From: Casimicrobiaceae bacterium
GTDB taxonomy: Bacteria; Pseudomonadota; Gammaproteobacteria; Burkholderiales; Casimicrobiaceae
DNA length: 64,000 nt
Direction of reading: 5' to 3'
Assembly (NCBI GenBank): GCA_035515295.1
Contig: DATJBM010000034.1
Location: 5,346 to 69,345, forward strand
The position numbers and the translations under genes are program-made. Of this stretch, positions 39,241 through 47,166 are shown piece by piece. The notes below the pieces were generated by a model. That model was not told where the DNA came from. It was given only the letters and a program-made list of their open reading frames with translations, and searched no databases. Position 1 is the stretch's first letter; every line of letters starts with the position of its first letter.

Positions 39241-39993
39241 ATGGACACGCAACTCACCGGCAAAGTGGCGCTCGTCACCGGGGGCAGCCGCGGGATCGGC
39301 CGCGCGATCGTCGAGCTCTTCGCCGCCGAAGGCGCCGACGTGACGTTCTTCTACCGCGACAACGCCGCCGCGGCGGAGGCGGTCGTCGCGAAGGGCGCGA
39401 CGGCGGGACAGCGCATCGCGGCGGAGAAAGTCGACGTGCGCGATGCCGCGGCGTGTTCCGCCGCGGTGGAGCGCGTCGCCGAGCGCGCGGGGCGCATCGA
39501 CATTCTGGTCAACAACGCCGGGATCATCCGCGACAATCCGCTCGCCGCCTTCTCCGACGACGACGTGCGCAGTGTCCTCGACACCAACGTCGGCGGCGTG
39601 TTCAACGTCACCCGCCCGGTCGTGCCGCACATGATCGTGCAGCGCTCGGGCAAGATCATCAACCTCTCCTCGGTGGCCGGCGAGAAGGGCGGCCGCGGCC
39701 AGACCAACTATGCCGCCAGCAAAGGGGCGATCAACGCGTTCACCCGCGCCCTCGCCGTCGAGCTCGCGCCGCGTCGGATCACGGTGAACTGCGTGGCGCC
39801 GGGCGTCATCGACACCGAGATGTCGCAAGGCGTGCGGGAGGCGGCCGGCGACGAGGTGAAGGCGCGCATCCTCCTCCGGCGCTACGGCCGTCCCGAGGAG
39901 GTCGCCTACGCGGTCTGGTTCCTCGCCTCGCCCTACGCGGATTACGTCACGGGCCAGGTCTTCAGCATCGATGGCGGCTTCAAAATGGAGTGA
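39241..39993 (+). CDS. 3-oxoacyl-ACP reductase (FabG-like SDR)
   Basis: ALVTGGSRGIGRAI, NNAGI, SSVAG...NYAASKGA (Ser-Tyr-Lys), SIDGGFKM; 250 aa. Confidence 0.85.
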   Translation: MDTQLTGKVALVTGGSRGIGRAIVELFAAEGADVTFFYRDNAAAAEAVVAKGATAGQRIAAEKVDVRDAAACSAAVERVAERAGRIDILVNNAGIIRDNPLAAFSDDDVRSVLDTNVGGVFNVTRPVVPHMIVQRSGKIINLSSVAGEKGGRGQTNYAASKGAINAFTRALAVELAPRRITVNCVAPGVIDTEMSQGVREAAGDEVKARILLRRYGRPEEVAYAVWFLASPYADYVTGQVFSIDGGFKME

Positions 39994-39999
39994 ACTCTC

Positions 40000-40428
40000 A
40001 TGGCGGAAAGCGAAATCAGCAAAGAACAAATCGAGGCGGTCTTCCCCAGGGTCGCCGAGACCATGGCCGACGCGCTCGGCTGCGACCTCGAGCAGGTGAA
40101 GCCCGACGTGTCGCTGATCGAGGGGCTGGACGCCGAGTCGATCGACTTTCTCGACATGGTGTTCCGGCTCGAGCGCGCGTTCAAGATCAAGATTCCGCGC
40201 GGCAAGATCATCGAGAACGCGCGCGGCGACATGCCCGAGTCGGAATTCGAGCAGAAGGGCATGCTCACCGAGGCGGGACTCGCCCAGCTCAAGCGCTACC
40301 TCTCCGAAGTCCCGGCCGAGCGCTTCAAGAATCCGATGAAGGTGGCGGACATTCCGCGATTGTTCACCCCCGTGACGTTCTGCAAGCTGGTGATCCGCGC
40401 CCAGCGCGAGGCGGCGCCGGCGAGCTGA
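40000..40428 (+). CDS. Acyl carrier protein, atypically long (142 aa)
   Basis: Carrier-protein core ...LIEGLDAESIDFLDMVFRLERAF (Ser in an E-S-I-D context) followed by a tail of about 60 aa. Sits between the KR and DH genes. Confidence 0.65.
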   Translation: MAESEISKEQIEAVFPRVAETMADALGCDLEQVKPDVSLIEGLDAESIDFLDMVFRLERAFKIKIPRGKIIENARGDMPESEFEQKGMLTEAGLAQLKRYLSEVPAERFKNPMKVADIPRLFTPVTFCKLVIRAQREAAPAS

Positions 40429-40450
40429 TGGCGGCTTGCTTCGGCAATTC

Positions 40451-41281
40451 ATGACCGAGCACTTCGCGGCGTTCTCGTTCGTGGACCGGATCACGAGCTT
40501 CGAGCCGGGAGTGGCGGCGCGCGGAAGCTTCGCGGTGCCAGGAAGTCTCGCGTCATTTCCGGCCTGCCTGGTCGCCGAGGCGGTGGGCCAGCTCGCGGCA
40601 TGGACGGCGATGGACGCGATCGGCTTCCGGGGACGGCCCGTGGCCGCGCTCGCCACCGAGACGGTGTTCCATCGCGACGTCGCGCCCGGCTCGCGCCTCG
40701 ATCTCTCGGTCGAGGTCGAGAGCTGCGACGACGAGGCGATCGCCTACGGCGGCCGCGCCGAGGTCGACGGCGTTGCAGTGATCGAGCTCAAGCACTGTCT
40801 GGGCCCGATGCTGCCGGTCGCCGATTTCGACGCGCCGGAAGCGCTGCGCGATCGCCTTCGACTGCTGCGCAGCGAGGGCGCGCCGGCAGGCCGGTTTCAC
40901 GGCGTCGCGCTACCCGAGCTCGCGCCGCTGGAAGGCGAGCCGGGCCGTTCCGCCCGTGCGCTGCTGAGCGTGCCGGAGGCGGCGCCGTTCTTCGCCGATC
41001 ACTTCCCGCGTCGCCCGGTGTTTCCGGCCACGCTGCTGCTCGACAGCCAGATCCGGCTTGCCCTGGACCTCGCCCGCGCCGCGGTCGGCAGCGCCGGACT
41101 CGTGGCGCGGCGCATGACGCACGTGAAGATGCGCTCGTTCATCGCGCCCGGTTCGGCCGTGACACTGGGCGCGGAGCTGGCCGCGCCGAACGACTTCAGC
41201 GACGCGGTGCGGCTCTCGGCGGCGATCGACGGGCGCACGGTCGCCACGGCGCGGCTCAACCTCGGCGCGAAGGACGGCTGA
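40451..41281 (+). CDS. Double hot-dog FabA/FabZ-like dehydratase
   Basis: C-terminal half has PFFADHFPRRPVFPATLLLDSQ (FabZ/FabA His motif). N-terminal half is a degenerate hot-dog (FVDRITSFEPG...). ATG 40451 preferred over the TTG at 40436. Confidence 0.65.
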   Translation: MTEHFAAFSFVDRITSFEPGVAARGSFAVPGSLASFPACLVAEAVGQLAAWTAMDAIGFRGRPVAALATETVFHRDVAPGSRLDLSVEVESCDDEAIAYGGRAEVDGVAVIELKHCLGPMLPVADFDAPEALRDRLRLLRSEGAPAGRFHGVALPELAPLEGEPGRSARALLSVPEAAPFFADHFPRRPVFPATLLLDSQIRLALDLARAAVGSAGLVARRMTHVKMRSFIAPGSAVTLGAELAAPNDFSDAVRLSAAIDGRTVATARLNLGAKDG

Positions 41282-42574
41282 ATGCCGCGGCGGCGCGTTG
41301 CGATCACGGGGCTCGGCCTGGTCACGCCGGTCGGTAACGACGTGGCGACCACGTGGGCCGCCTTGCGCGCGGGTCGCAGCGGCGGTGCGCCGATCACGCT
41401 CTTCGACGCGTCGGGCTTTCCCGTGCGCATCGCCGCCGAAGTAAAGGGATTCGACGCCGGCGCCGCGATCGGCGACCGCAAGCTTCTCAAGTTCGCCAAC
41501 CGCTCGCACGGCTTCGCGCTCGCCGCTGCGGAGCAGGCGTTCGACGACGCCGGCATCCGGCCGGCTTCAGCCACCGCGACGCGCTGGGGCTGCGCGGTGG
41601 GCACCGGCATGATGGGTGTGGATTTCGCAGAGCTCGTCGCCGTTCACCACCACAGTGCCGCGAACGGCGAGCTCGACGCGCTGCGGCTCCTCGACGACGC
41701 CTCCGCCAACAATCCCGTGGTGTTCTGCCGCAGCCAGTCGACAACAGGGCTGTCGCTGCTCACGAAACGCTACAACCTGCGCGGCTACGCCACGTCGGTT
41801 CACACGGCGTGCGCCTCCGGCGGTCAGGCGATCGGCACGGCGCTCAAGCTGATTCGCCGTGGCGCGGTCGATTGCGCGCTCGCGGGCGGCTTCGACTCGA
41901 TGGTGAACCCCGTAGGCATCGCCGGCTTCTGCCTGCTCTCGGCGCTCTCGGCCGACAACGATACGCCCGAGCGCGCGAGCCGTCCGTTCGACGCGACGCG
42001 CAACGGCTTCCTGCTCGGCGAGGGCGCGGGCTTCCTGGTTCTCGAGGAATGGGAATCCGCGCGGCGGCGCGGCGCGCGCATCTACGCCGAGCTCGCCGGC
42101 GACGGCAACTCGCTGTCGAGCTATCGCATCACCGATTCGCCGCCCGACGGCGACGGGCCGATCCAGTCGATGCGCCAGGCGCTCGGCGACGCCGGCGCGG
42201 CGCTCGAGGACGTCGACTACATCAACGCCCACGGCACCTCCACGCTCATGAACGACCGAAGCGAGAGCGTGGCGATTCACGCGGTGTTCGGGCCACGGAC
42301 CAGGCAGGTCGCGGTCAGCTCGACCAAGAGCTCGATGGGGCACCTGATCGCCGCCGCCGGCGCGGTCGAGGTCGCCGTGTGCGCGCTCGCGATCCGCGAC
42401 GGCGAGCTTCCGGTCAACGCCAACGTGCGCGACCCCGATCCCGACTGCGATCTCGCGCTCGTGCGCGACGCGTCGCTCAAGCGTCGAGTGCGGGTGACGC
42501 TCTCCAACTCTTTCGGCTTCGGCGGCTCGAACAGCTGCGTCGCGCTGCGCGCGCCGGATCAGGTCGCAGGCTGA
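41282..42574 (+). CDS. Beta-ketoacyl-ACP synthase (FabF-like, intact Cys-His-His)
   Basis: VAITGLGLVTPVG, VHTACASGGQAIG (Cys), NAHGTSTLMND (His), KSSMGHLIAAAG (His), NSFGFGGSNSCV. The ATG directly abuts the DH stop (TGAATG). Confidence 0.88.
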   Translation: MPRRRVAITGLGLVTPVGNDVATTWAALRAGRSGGAPITLFDASGFPVRIAAEVKGFDAGAAIGDRKLLKFANRSHGFALAAAEQAFDDAGIRPASATATRWGCAVGTGMMGVDFAELVAVHHHSAANGELDALRLLDDASANNPVVFCRSQSTTGLSLLTKRYNLRGYATSVHTACASGGQAIGTALKLIRRGAVDCALAGGFDSMVNPVGIAGFCLLSALSADNDTPERASRPFDATRNGFLLGEGAGFLVLEEWESARRRGARIYAELAGDGNSLSSYRITDSPPDGDGPIQSMRQALGDAGAALEDVDYINAHGTSTLMNDRSESVAIHAVFGPRTRQVAVSSTKSSMGHLIAAAGAVEVAVCALAIRDGELPVNANVRDPDPDCDLALVRDASLKRRVRVTLSNSFGFGGSNSCVALRAPDQVAG

Positions 42575-42587
42575 GCGAACGGCAGGC

Positions 42588-43865
42588 ATGGCGAGGCCGC
42601 GCGTCTTCATCACCGGCACCGGCGCGGTGTGCGCAGCGGGCCGCGATCCGGCCGCCATTCTGGAAGCCGTGCGCGCCGGCCGCTCGGCCATCGCCCCGAT
42701 TCGCCAGTGGGACGCCTCGAGCTGGCCGCGGAGGATGGCCGGCGAAGTCGGCGATTTCAACGCCCGCGAGCTGGTCGAAGACCGCAAGATGCACAAGCTC
42801 ATCCGGCGCACCGACTTCTTCGGACTGTACGCTTCGGGCCGCGCGGTGCAGGCCTCCGGTATCGCGACGCATCGCGACACGCTCGAAAGCGCCGCGGCGG
42901 CCCACTACAGCGACCGCACGGGCGTCTACGTCGGCTCCGGCGGCGGCAACTACGACAGCCAGTACGACTACTTTCCGCTGCTGACCGAGGCCGACGAAGC
43001 TCTGCCCGCGTTCGGCCGCGAGCTCGCCAACACCGTGAACCCGATGTGGCTGCTGCGCACGCTGCCGAACAACGTGCTCGGCCACATCGGCATCCGCCAC
43101 GGCTTCAAGGGCTCGAACGCGTGCATCACGAATCACAGCGTCGGCGGGACGCTGGCGGTGATCGAGGCGACCGAAGCGCTGCGCAACGGCGAGGCGGATC
43201 GGGCGCTCGCGGTAGGACACGACGCGCCGATCGAGCCGCAGATGGTGCTCTACTACCACGATGTCGGCCTGCTCGCGCGGGAGGCGATCCGTCCGTTCGA
43301 TGCGCGCCGCGACGGCAGCCTGTTCGGCGAGGGCGCGGCGGCATTGGCGCTGGAGACCGAAGCCTCGGCGCGGGAGCGCGGCGCGACCGCCATCGGCGAA
43401 ATCCTCGGCGGAGGCTCGGCGACCGATGCGCTCGGACTGCTCGCCATCCGCGACGACGGCGAAGCGCTGGCGCGCGCGATCGAGCTCGCGCTCGAGGATG
43501 CCGGGATCAAGCCTGGTGACGTGGGCGTGATCGCCGCGCACGGCAACGGCACGCCGCAATCCGACGCCTCCGAGGCCGCGGCCATCCGTCGGGTGTTCGG
43601 GAACGCCGCGCCGCCGGCGACCGCGTTCAAGTGGGCATTCGGACACCTCATTGCCGCCGCGGGGATCCTCGACGCCGTGCTTGTGCTCCATGCACTGCGC
43701 GACCGCGTCGTCCCGGGCGTTGCGACCTACGGCCAAGTCGATCCGGACTGCGCCGGCGCGCGCGTGTCGGCCGAGCCACAGGCAGCTCGCAGCGCTGTGG
43801 CGCTCGTCCTCTGCCGCGGCTTTGCCGGGACCAACGCGGCGGTCATCCTCCACGCTATTCGGTAG
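42588..43865 (+). CDS. KS-like partner lacking the active-site Cys (chain-length-factor type)
   Basis: Thiolase fold (VFITGTGAVCAAG..., AAHGNGTPQSD, KWAFGHLIAAAG), but the position aligned with TACASGG reads TNHSVGG, i.e. His in place of Cys. Confidence 0.7.
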   Translation: MARPRVFITGTGAVCAAGRDPAAILEAVRAGRSAIAPIRQWDASSWPRRMAGEVGDFNARELVEDRKMHKLIRRTDFFGLYASGRAVQASGIATHRDTLESAAAAHYSDRTGVYVGSGGGNYDSQYDYFPLLTEADEALPAFGRELANTVNPMWLLRTLPNNVLGHIGIRHGFKGSNACITNHSVGGTLAVIEATEALRNGEADRALAVGHDAPIEPQMVLYYHDVGLLAREAIRPFDARRDGSLFGEGAAALALETEASARERGATAIGEILGGGSATDALGLLAIRDDGEALARAIELALEDAGIKPGDVGVIAAHGNGTPQSDASEAAAIRRVFGNAAPPATAFKWAFGHLIAAAGILDAVLVLHALRDRVVPGVATYGQVDPDCAGARVSAEPQAARSAVALVLCRGFAGTNAAVILHAIR

Positions 43866-43872
43866 ACGCGCC

Positions 43873-44289
43873 ATGCAGCCGACCGCGCCGGCTTCGGCAA
43901 ACGCGATGCGCTGCGGGATCGACACGGTCGAGATCGCGCGCCTCGAGCGGCTGCTCGCGGAGAATCCACGCGGCGACCTGCTGCGATTGTTCTCGCCGCA
44001 GGAAATCGCCGACAGCGGCGACGGACCCGGACGCGCGGCGAGCCTCGCCGCGCGCTTTGCCGCCAAGGAGGCGTGCGTGAAGCTCTTCCCCCGCGAAGCC
44101 GCGCTGGGCGAGATCGAGCCGGGAGACTTTTCCGTCGCCCGCGATGCCTATGGCGCGCCGCAGGCCGCAGTGTCCGAGCGCGCCGAGGCCGTTCTCGCCC
44201 GCAACGGCATCCGTTCGATCGCGCTCTCGCTCGCGCACGACCGCACGAGCGCCTGCGCGGTCGCCCTGGCGGTTGCATCGACACGCTGA
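43873..44289 (+). CDS. AcpS-type 4'-phosphopantetheinyl transferase
   Basis: RCGIDTVEIARLERLL...RFAAKEACVKL...SLAHDRTSACAVAL, about 138 aa. Start at ATG 43873 (or 43906). Confidence 0.75.
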   Translation: MQPTAPASANAMRCGIDTVEIARLERLLAENPRGDLLRLFSPQEIADSGDGPGRAASLAARFAAKEACVKLFPREAALGEIEPGDFSVARDAYGAPQAAVSERAEAVLARNGIRSIALSLAHDRTSACAVALAVASTR

Positions 44290-45644
44290 TGGCGACTCGT
44301 CCTGCCGGAGGCACGACGAAGGATGGCGTCGGGGCGACGCTGGGGATACGCGGGCCAGCCCTTACCTACACGGGCGACCCGTTCCGCCACGGGCTGGACC
44401 GCACCCTGCGCTACGAGCCCGACGCGATCATCGTGGTCGAGGACGGCAGGATCGTTCGCTTCGGTCCCGCGGCCGACGTCGCACCGTCGCTACCCGCGGG
44501 CACGACCGTGGACCGCTATGGCGAGGACACGCTCGTCATGCCGGGATTCATCGACTGTCACGTTCACTTCCCGCAGCTCCAGATCATCGGCGCCGGCGGC
44601 GAGCAGCTCCTCGACTGGCTCGCCAAATACACCTTCGCGGCCGAGGAGCGCTTTGCCGACCCCGAACACGCCCGGGAGGTCGCGCGCTTCTTCTTGAGCG
44701 AGAGCCTGCGCAACGGCATCACCACGTCGGCCGTGTACTGCACGGTACACGCGACGTCGGTCGACGCGCTGTTCGAGGAGGCCCTCGGGCTGGGCTTGCG
44801 CACGATCGCCGGCAAGGTCCTGATGGACCGCAACGCGCCGCAAGCTCTGCTCGATACCGCGCAAGCCGGCTACGACGAGTCCAGGGCGCTGATCGAACGC
44901 TGGCACGGGCGCGGGCGGCTCAGGTACGCGATCACGCCGCGCTTCGCCGCGACCAGCAGCCCGGCGCAGCTCGAAGCCGCGGGGGCGCTTCGCGCCGAGC
45001 ATCCCGACGCCTTCCTGCAGTCGCACGTCGCGGAGAACCGACGCGAGATCGAATGGATCCGCGAGCTCTATCCGGAGCGCAGGCACTACCTCGACGTCTA
45101 CGATCACTACGGGCTTCTGGGTCCGCGCGCGATCTACGGTCACGGCATATGGCTGTCCGAGGAGGAGCTCAGGCGCTGTCACGACACGGGTACCGCGATC
45201 GCCCACTGCCCGACGTCGAACTTCTTCCTCGGCAGCGGATGCCTCGATCTGCGCCGGATGCTGTCCGGCGAGCGGCCGCTGCGCGTCGGACTGGCGACCG
45301 ACCTCGGCGCCGGCACGTCGTTCTCCATGCTGCGAACCATGAGCGAAGCCTACAAGGCCGCGCAGCTGCACGGCTACGCGCTTCGCCCCGGGCACGCCTT
45401 CTATCTCGCGACCCGCGGCAGCGCGCACGCGCTCTATGTCGACGACACCATCGGCAGCATCGCGCCCGGCATGGAGGCCGATCTCGTCGTCCTCGATCTG
45501 AGGTCCACGCCGCTCATCGAGTACCGGATGCGGCACGCGGCCGATCTCGAGGAGGCGCTCGGCGTGCAGATGGCGCTCGGCGACGACCGGGCGGTCCGGG
45601 CGACGTACGCCGGCGGCTGCAAACTCTACGACCGAGCCGCCTAG
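44289..45644 (+). CDS. guaD: Guanine deaminase
   Basis: MPGFIDCHVHFPQLQIIGAGGEQLLDWLAKYTF, AGKVLMDRNAP, YAITPRFAATSS, SHVAEN, AHCPTSNFFLGSG, GLATDLGAGTSFSML. Collinear with my recollection of E. coli GuaD. The ATG overlaps the acpS-like stop (TGATG). Confidence 0.88.
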   Translation: MATRPAGGTTKDGVGATLGIRGPALTYTGDPFRHGLDRTLRYEPDAIIVVEDGRIVRFGPAADVAPSLPAGTTVDRYGEDTLVMPGFIDCHVHFPQLQIIGAGGEQLLDWLAKYTFAAEERFADPEHAREVARFFLSESLRNGITTSAVYCTVHATSVDALFEEALGLGLRTIAGKVLMDRNAPQALLDTAQAGYDESRALIERWHGRGRLRYAITPRFAATSSPAQLEAAGALRAEHPDAFLQSHVAENRREIEWIRELYPERRHYLDVYDHYGLLGPRAIYGHGIWLSEEELRRCHDTGTAIAHCPTSNFFLGSGCLDLRRMLSGERPLRVGLATDLGAGTSFSMLRTMSEAYKAAQLHGYALRPGHAFYLATRGSAHALYVDDTIGSIAPGMEADLVVLDLRSTPLIEYRMRHAADLEEALGVQMALGDDRAVRATYAGGCKLYDRAA

Positions 45645-46660
45645 CGCGGAGGCTCCGCCGGCGCGCGGTCGCGTGCCTTCGGCGCGAACACCGGGCCGCC
45701 TTCATAGGTGAAGTACATCTTGCGCTGGCTATGGGAGACGAGCACGCGATGCGAGCGCAGAAAGTCGGCGCCAAGCAACATGTCGGGCGTATCCTGGATG
45801 CGTACGGACAGGTGGCTGGCGATCGAGGTATAGCGGGCGTCCTTGTAAAGATCGGCGAAGTGCAGGAACGTATCGCTGATGGTCTCGTCGCCGATGGCAA
45901 AGGCCTGCAACGGTGCCATCCAGGAATCGACCGGCTGCGAGCCCAGTCCCCGGCTCACTCCTGCAAACGTGACGCCCGGTGAATCGGGCGTGAGGCCAAG
46001 CCGCTCGGCCACCCGCTCGTCGAGCGTCGACACGCCGGCACCGGAGTCGAACAGGGCGTGCATTGGACGCCCGTTGATCCGGACGGGCACGACCGTGCGC
46101 TGACCGGCATCGTAGGCGGGCTCGAGATCGACTTGCCCCGTGCCCTGGGACGCCCAGTATCCGAGCGCCACGCCTTCGCATCCCTCCGGCCGAAACAACC
46201 GCACTGCGCCATGCGGCAGGTCGAATTCGACATCGGCTTGCTCGAAGAAGTCTTCCCCGAGAACAAGGTCGACGTCGTTGCCGAAACTGTGCTCGCCGGC
46301 GACCAGTATCCGCCAATTCTGACGGGTCAGTTGCCCTATCCGGACGTCCTCGACGGTGGTTTCCTCGACGTAGGTCTCGCCTCCGATGCCGAAGATGCGG
46401 CGGCCTCTCGCGACCTGGCCCGCAAGACCCAGCCGAGCCGTCGCCGAGCGAAAGAGGAACGTGTCGGAGCCCGTGTCGAGCATGACGCCGACCATCCGGC
46501 CATTGATCGCACCGTCGACCATGAGATGCCCGCGTTCAAGCCTGACGGGCCACTCGACGAGGCGCGTCATCGTGCACTTGGCAAGCGCGGGGCTCGCAAT
46601 GCTGGCGAGCATCAGAGTAAGGGCAACCAGCGCGCTGCGGGCGGCTGGCACGCGTAACAT
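45641..46660 (-). CDS. Secreted aspartic protease with two retropepsin-like lobes
   Basis: Signal peptide MLRVPAARSALVALTLMLASIASPALA. Two D-T/S-G-A/S motifs (VMLDTGSDT and ALFDSGAGVS), each in a half of about 150 aa, followed by LLGADFL / VLGEDFF flap-like motifs. Confidence 0.7.
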   Translation of the reverse strand: MLRVPAARSALVALTLMLASIASPALAKCTMTRLVEWPVRLERGHLMVDGAINGRMVGVMLDTGSDTFLFRSATARLGLAGQVARGRRIFGIGGETYVEETTVEDVRIGQLTRQNWRILVAGEHSFGNDVDLVLGEDFFEQADVEFDLPHGAVRLFRPEGCEGVALGYWASQGTGQVDLEPAYDAGQRTVVPVRINGRPMHALFDSGAGVSTLDERVAERLGLTPDSPGVTFAGVSRGLGSQPVDSWMAPLQAFAIGDETISDTFLHFADLYKDARYTSIASHLSVRIQDTPDMLLGADFLRSHRVLVSHSQRKMYFTYEGGPVFAPKARDRAPAEPPR

Positions 46661-46785
46661 GCGGGAGCGCCTCCTTCGGGTGACGAGGCGCTCATTCTAA
46701 GTCCGCCTTGGATCGAGGGGGACCCGGGCTGCCCGTATAATCGGCTAAGCTCTGCCGGTCGGCGTTGCTCGAACAGGGAGGAGCC

Positions 46786-47166
46786 GTGGACTTTTCCAGC
46801 CGCAGCCTGGCCGACGTCGTCGTCGCCGTTCCTGTCGGACCGATCGATCATGCCAACGCGCAGGGGCTGCAGGAGGCGCTCGCCCCGCTGCTCAACTCGC
46901 CCCCGCCGGGGACGGCGGGGCTGGTCCTGGATCTGTCCCGAGTCGACTACATCAGCAGCATGGGCCTGCGCGTGCTCATGGTCGCGGCGAAGCAGCTTCG
47001 CGCCCGCAGCATGCGCATCGCGGTGGCGGCGCTGACGCCCGTCGTCAAGGAGATCTTCGACATCGCGCGGTTCAATCACGTGACGGAAGTCTTCCCGACG
47101 GTGCGCTCGGCCCTGGAACGGATCTCGCCTGCCGCGCTCGCGGCCTTTGAGACCGACGCGCAATGA
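46786..47166 (+). CDS. STAS-domain anti-sigma-factor antagonist (SpoIIAA/RsbV-like)
   Basis: LVLDLSRVDYISSMGLRVLMVAAKQL (phosphorylatable Ser context D-x-I-S-S-x-G-L). GTG 46786 sits behind GGGAGGAG. Confidence 0.78.
   Translation: MDFSSRSLADVVVAVPVGPIDHANAQGLQEALAPLLNSPPPGTAGLVLDLSRVDYISSMGLRVLMVAAKQLRARSMRIAVAALTPVVKEIFDIARFNHVTEVFPTVRSALERISPAALAAFETDAQ

Noticed and set aside
44289-45644. Amidohydrolase as a twelfth, tailoring member of the lipid cluster
   Set aside because: The protein is collinear, motif by motif, with canonical guanine deaminase (PGFIDCHVHFPQ, YAITPRFA, HCPTSN, TDLGAGTSFSML). The start/stop overlap with the PPTase is noted, but a housekeeping purine-salvage role is the simpler reading.
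45641-45644. Four-base overlap of the convergent guaD and protease stop codons (CTAG)
   Set aside because: It is real in the sequence, but it is most simply a coincidence of compact convergent genes. No hairpin or regulatory structure accompanies it.
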